26,718 nucleotides of DNA from Parvularia atlantis (lineage: Eukaryota): assembly GCA_943704415.1 (NCBI GenBank), contig CALSCO010000506.1, positions 62,001-88,718 on the forward strand, read 5' to 3'. The notes under the pieces were generated by a model. That model was not told the origin of the DNA, made no database searches, and was given only the letters and a program-made list of their open reading frames with translations. Position 1 is the first letter of the stretch, and each line of letters begins with the position of its first letter. The translations under genes were made by a program, and so were the position numbers. Below are positions 22,085-26,718 of this stretch, piece by piece.

Positions 22085-22355
22085 CGAGCGGAGACACGGA
22101 GACGCGGAGACGCGATGCGGAGGAAATCGCGTCGCGACCATGCTTGGCGCCTGATTGCGCATCACAGCAAAGTCGTCGCCACCTCCTGTCAAGCGTCGCG
22201 TCGCAGGTGTCTCTGGGGTCTGGAAGGTCAAGGTATGGGCCTGACAAGAGGCAGTGGTCGTCGCAGTGGTGCGTGGAGAACTGAAGTTGGAAGTCGAAAG
22301 GGAGAAAAGAGCGCAGACAGGCCCAGCCGATCTGGCCCCCAAAGCCCGGGGCCGA

Positions 22356-25300
22356 TCAGTGCATGTTGAGGTAGCGGAGCGCGAAGAACGCGACGGTCAT
22401 GTAGAAGACGCAGAAGCTGAAGAGGATGCCCATGTCGCTCGACAGCACGTTCGTGTCCTGGAACGGCACAAAGTACTTGACCTGCCCGCCCCCGTACACG
22501 TGAGGCGCACGGCACGGCACACACCGCGTGCGCCACACCACCGCGTCGCCGTTCTCAAACAGGCACGTGCCCGGCACGGGGCAGTCGTACGCCGGGTTGT
22601 TGCCGTACTCGTTGGTGATGCTACCGTCGCAGGGGTCAGGCACGCACACGGCCCGCGGCGAGCACGCACACAAACTCGAAGCCGTACTTGGCGATGCTCA
22701 CGTACTGCAGCCAGCGGATCCATAGCGGCTGCGCGGGTGGCCGTGATCAGCCTCGGCAGCCACGCAGCGTGCACGCGCGCGGCGCACCAGCGTGTCGAAT
22801 GTGACAAAGCTGCCGCCAAACAGCTGCATGATCGTCACGCAAAACGAGCCTGTGCGCGCGCGTGCCCGCCCATCAGAGCTGGACCAGCGCGGCAGCACAC
22901 CGCAAGCACCAATCGCAAATGTCAGGTCCGAGTTGGGCGCGATGTTGCCGCACATGATGATCGAGAGCACGGCGGCAACGTGCATCGTGCACAGCACAAG
23001 CACGTTCGGGAAGTAGCTGCGCGCGCGCGCACCGTCAGCAGCGCCGGGCGGCCGTCGCGGCGGCGCACCGGTCAAAGGTCGGGTACAGGCCGTACATGCC
23101 GTAGATAATCGAGTTGAAGATGAGCGCGTTGAGGGCGCTCTGCAGGATGCCGATGGTCATGACCGCGGCAAAGTACTCGAGCGGCCGGTACAGCTTCTGC
23201 GCGCGCTCGCGGTTGAAGAAGCGGCGCTGGTCGATGAAGAGCGAGATGGACGTAAACGGGAGGAGGAGCTGCCGCGACCGTGCTCAGCCCACGAGTGTGC
23301 ACGATGCGCACCGACAGAACGCACCTGGACAACAATGGCGAAGAACAAGCCATAGACCTTTTGCAGCACGGCGTTGCCCTCGTAGCCCAGGCGCAGGAAG
23401 ACAAGGCCGGTGATGACACCGATGAAGGTGAACACAGCCAAGCGCGCGATCAGGTTGCTCGGGTTGCGCACGGTCGCAATGGCCACGCGGTGCAGCAGCA
23501 CGAGGTAGCGGAACCAAAAGCTCGCGCGGTGCTCGCCGTCGTCTTCGTCCTCGCCCAGCGCGTACTCCGTCGACGGGTCCTCCTCGATCTTGATCACGAC
23601 GGCGCTGCCCGGCTTGCTCGGCCCCTTGAGCTGCTGCTGGTTGTCGCTCAAGTCAGAGTTATCGTACGTCTTGGTGATGACGTCGCTCGTCGTGGTCGTG
23701 CCGTCGGCGGGCGGCTTGCGGTCGACTGAGCCGCGCCGCGAGCCGCGCCGCGAGCCACGGTGCGACGAGATGGTCTGGTAGATGTTGGTGCCGAGGCGCA
23801 CGGCGGCATGGCTGAAGCGCGAGACAACCGACGCCGTCTCGATCACTTTCTCCTCCTCCGTGATCGAGAACTCCTTGTCGGAGATGGCCTTGAGCTCGTC
23901 GGCCGAGAGCTTGGACACAAAGTCGAGCTGGGGCGCGGAGGGAAGGGTCAGAGCACGCGAGGCATGTGCGCGGGCGCGCGCCAAGCCGCACCAAAAAGTC
24001 GGCCGGGTTGTCAAGCTTGTTGAATTGCGAGCCGTGGCGCTCGGTAAAGGCGATCGTGCCCGCGGGCGTGCCCGTGTAGAGCGGGTAGCCGAGGCCGAGC
24101 AGGAACACGTTGTCGAACGAGAAGAAGATGGACGAGCGCGGCTGCGAGCGGTGCGTGAGCTTTGTTTGCGCAGGCGGCCCGGCGCGCGCGCACCTGGTGG
24201 ATCGAGCACACAACCAGCTTCTTGTTGTTGGAGATCTTGCGCAGGATGTCCATGACCGTGCGCGCCGAGGCCGCATCCAGGCCCGACGTGGGCTCGTCCA
24301 GGTAGAGGATCTTGGGCGCGGTGACGAGGGCGCAGGCGACCGAGACGCTGGCGGCGGCGACGATCAGCGGCTTGCGCGCGTGCTGGTGCAGCGCGGGCGG
24401 ACGAACCGGCGCATCTGGCCGCCCGAGATGCCGCGGATGTGGTGGCCGCCGGGCAGCTCGCCGCCGATCTTGGTGTTGGCGACTTCGGACAGCTCGAGCA
24501 TGTCGAGCGTCTCGCGCACGCGCTTGGCCTTCTCGGCGAACGAGACGCTCTCGGGCAGGCGCACATTGGCGTAGAAGAGCACAGTCTCGTACACGGACAT
24601 GGACGGGATGAACACGTCCTGTGCGCGCGCATGCTGGCGTGAGCAGGGCTGCGGCGAGGGCAGACGGGCAGCGCGCCTCCTGCGTCACGTAGCCGATGTT
24701 GGAGCGGTAGCCGTGCAAGTCGTACACGCTACGGCCGTTGAGCTCGATGCGGCCGGTGATGGTGCCGGCGGTCTGGCTGTGGGGGTGCGTGCGCGTGTGC
24801 GTCAGCGGCGGGTGGGCGGACGGGTCGCGGCGCACCGGCGCGCAAGAATGTCGAGGAGCGTCGACTTGCCTGCGCGCAGACGAGCGTCAGTATCGATGCG
24901 CGCGCCCGTCCGCAGCGCGACGCACCGCAGCCCGACGGACCCATGATCGCCGTGAGCTGGCCGGTGCTGCACGTGCCCGTGACGCCCTTGAGGATCGCTG
25001 CGGTTCGTGGTCACGGCGCGTGCGGGACGAGCACAGGGGGGGGGGGGGGCACGCTGCGGTAGCGTCGGCACGCGGTAGAAGACGTTGCCGAACGTGAGCG
25101 TGAGCGACGTGGCGTGCGAGATGGAGCTGCCGCTGACCGAGTCGGTGTCGGACGCGCCCGACGCGCGCGGCGCTGCGGCATGCCGACGAGGTCAACAACA
25201 ACAACAGCCCTATATAGAGCCCGCGCACGCACCGAGCGACGTCTTGGGCGCGCTGCCTGTCTGCGCCCGCAACGACGGCGGCGACGGCGACGGGCTCAGG

Positions 25301-25368
25301 TCCTGCAGCGGGATCTGCGCCGTCGACGGCGCCTGGACCGTGATGAACGGCGCGGGCTCGCTGGCCAT
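22356..25368 (-). CDS. ABCG/White-family half ABC transporter (NBD-TMD order; about 13 introns)
   Basis: LTFGNVFY; Walker A ILKGVTG...LTAIMGPSGCGKSTLLDILA; Q-loop IGYVTQE/DVFIPSMSVYETV; signature RGISGGQMRRVSVA; Walker B ILYLDEPTSGLDA; CSIHQPRS; NPADFLLD. TMD includes RRFFNRERAQKLY and LPLWIRWLQYVSIAKYGFE. Stop TGA at 22356-22358. Confidence 0.95.
24619..24676 (-). other. GC-AG intron in ABCG (GAG|GCGCGC...CTCAC...GCACAG)
   Basis: 58 nt. Splits the conserved Q-loop YVTQE|DVF and is required to keep the frame. Confidence 0.9.
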
Positions 25369-25455
25369 TGGAGACGGCGGCGACGGCGGAAGTTTCGGTG
25401 GCACTGCGAACGGCGCACGTGCCACGGTTCAGCCGGCGAGCGACACGCGCGCGGA

Positions 25456-25528
25456 CGGCACGGCAGGGCACGGCAGCGCGGACAGCGAGCGACGCGCGCG
25501 CGGCACGGCACGGCAGGGCACGGCAGCG
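25456..25528. repeat. 23-nt exact direct repeat CGGCACGGCAGGGCACGGCAGCG x2
   Basis: Copies at 25456-25478 and 25506-25528, upstream of the ABCG start. Confidence 0.88.
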
Positions 25529-25576
25529 AGAGGAGGAGCGAGGGCCGCGAGGCGAGTTCCGGCGGAAGGAAAAAGC

Positions 25577-25584
25577 TATTTATA
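25577..25584 (-). promoter_or_regulatory. Candidate TATA box (TATAAATA on the minus strand) for ABCG
   Basis: A rare AT-rich octamer in very GC-rich DNA, about 210 nt upstream of ATG 25368. It sits inside the inverted repeat AAGCTA-ttta-TAGCTT. Confidence 0.5.
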
Positions 25585-25805
25585 GCTTGCTCGCGCCGGC
25601 GGGGACGGTAAGTTCGTTGCGTGCATCGTGCTCGCATGGGTGGCCCGTGGCTTCGCACGCATGCCTGTGCCTGTGCCACAACGAGCGACGGCGACCGATG
25701 TGACAACAATAACCGAACCGGAGATTCGGCCGCGCGATCGCACCGCTTTCACGGGTCTTCTCACGGCCCGCTTCGCATCGTATCCAGCCGCGCTTGCACC
25801 AGCCC

Positions 25806-25808
<3 letters not shown>

Positions 25809-25874
<66 letters not shown>
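25809..25874. repeat. Perfect (CA)33 microsatellite
   Basis: 66 nt of uninterrupted CA in the divergent ABCG/RasGAP intergenic region. Confidence 0.98.
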
Positions 25875-25875
<1 letters not shown>

Positions 25876-26027
25876 CCGCGTCCGGCAGCGGACCGCGTCC
25901 ACGTGGCCACGCATGGTGGGGGACGGTTGCGTCCCAGTGTGGCGTCCGGCCACGTGGATTTCTTGAGCAGCGGCGCCCGCTTCCGTCCCGCGTCTGTCCC
26001 GTCGCCCGTCTCCCCCGCGGCTTGTCG

Positions 26028-26718
26028 ATGGCGGCCGAGGCGGCCACGGCGACCGAGTGGCCTGCGGGCGCACTGCGGCGGCTCTGCGAGCGGCTGCGTG
26101 ACGAGCTCACGGCCGAGCGCACGGCGCAGCTGCGGCAGGACGAGGCCGCGATCTACACGCTGCAGGACCGCATCAAGGGCCTGCACGAAGACCGCCACAG
26201 TAAGAGGTGCGCCGCGCCCTTCCTCGTCGCGTGCGCGTTGACGCGCGCGGCAGCCTCGAGCTGCGCAACGTCGACCGCAAGATCAACTTCCTCGTGCAGA
26301 GCCGGCTGCAGAAGGACGTGCGGCGGGAGGACCGCGACAAGGAGGCCTGGTTTGAGTTCTTCGACCAGAGCGCCAGCCAGGACAACCCGCTCGGCCTCAA
26401 GAAGTCGGTGCGCCGCCTCCTTCGTGCGCGCCGCGTCCGCCGCTCACGGCCGTGTGCGCGCGCATACACACACAGGACTACGCCGCGTTCCTGTACCTGC
26501 TGCGCCTCGAGCCCGCCATCCTCGCCAAAGCGGTCATGGGCGTGCCGTACGGCGAGATGGACTACATCGTGCAGGTGCGCGGCGCGCTGGTGGCGGGCGC
26601 GCGCTGCTGCTGAGCCCGCCGCGGGTCGCCAGATCCTCAACTTTTCGCTATTCCCGGACCTGTTCCAGGCGCGCGAGGAGATCTTCCTGCTCGAGCTGTG
26701 CAAGGCACGCCTCCCCCC
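26028..26718 (+). CDS. 5' end of a RasGAP-family gene (IQGAP/fungal Gap1/GAPVD1-like pre-GAP region); runs off the window
   Basis: MAAEAATATEWPAGALRRLCERLRDEL...LELRNVDRKINFLVQSRL...DYAAFLYLLRLEPAILAKAVMGVPYGEMDYIVQ/ILNFSLFPDLFQAREEIFLLELCK resembles the 'D.KI.LLV.NR', 'Y..LFYLLQ.EP..LA' and 'F.LY....REE.LLL' motifs that precede the GAP domain in IQGAP-type proteins. Confidence 0.72.
   Translation, partial: MAAEAATATEWPAGALRRLCERLRDELTAERTAQLRQDEAAIYTLQDRIKGLHEDRHSKRCAAPFLVACALTRAAASSCATSTARSTSSCRAGCRRTCGGRTATRRPGLSSSTRAPARTTRSASRSRCAASFVRAASAAHGRVRAHTHTGLRRVPVPAAPRARHPRQSGHGRAVRRDGLHRAGARRAGGGRALLLSPPRVARSSTFRYSRTCSRRARRSSCSSCARHASP

Noticed and set aside
25576..26241. ORFs with poly-(HT) or poly-(CV) runs suggesting metal-binding proteins
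   Set aside because: They are translations of the (CA)33 microsatellite.
1..26718. Alternative genetic code or stop-codon readthrough
   Set aside because: Every in-frame stop I met inside a gene falls within a sequence with normal intron signals, and the spliced genes end at ordinary TGA or TAG codons.
1..26718. Introner-like mobile introns or U12 (AT-AC) introns
   Set aside because: The introns share only short splice signals and CG-rich composition, with no extended mutual similarity visible by eye. I saw no ATATCC/GTATCC donors. An all-versus-all intron alignment would be the definitive test.

Overview
Eukaryotic nuclear DNA that is very GC-rich, gene-dense and packed with short spliceosomal introns (mostly about 50-100 nt; donors GTGCGY/GTACGY, branch-like CTGAC/CTCAC/CTAAC, CAG acceptors, no polypyrimidine tract). 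The gene content suggests a unicellular amorphean or opisthokont-type protist (inference; the species is not identifiable from this window). The ORF track is mostly misleading because the real genes are split into many exons. Manual splicing gives ten genes: the 3' part of WASHC5/strumpellin (+), a TMEM181/Wntless-like protein (+), HIRA (-), BolA (-), a FUBP/KSRP-like 4xKH protein (+), a USP44/49-like deubiquitinase (-), MAD1 (-), a LISK-type (LIMK/TESK-like) kinase fused to a DEP domain (-), an ABCG half-transporter (-) and the 5' end of a RasGAP-family gene (+). The most notable signals are: frequent GC-AG introns (7 supported plus 2 possible, always after an exonic AG; 2 of 3 in BolA); a 21-nt element with near-consensus splice signals directly before the HIRA ATG; an orphan, apparently frameshifted coding-like segment between HIRA and BolA; a Ser in the third catalytic position of the USP; the kinase-DEP fusion; and tight tandem linkage of MAD1 with the USP44-like gene. 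I found no RNA genes, CRISPR arrays or transposase genes, and nothing here can be proven to be a new system without RNA or comparative data. Gene coordinates are outer spans including introns.
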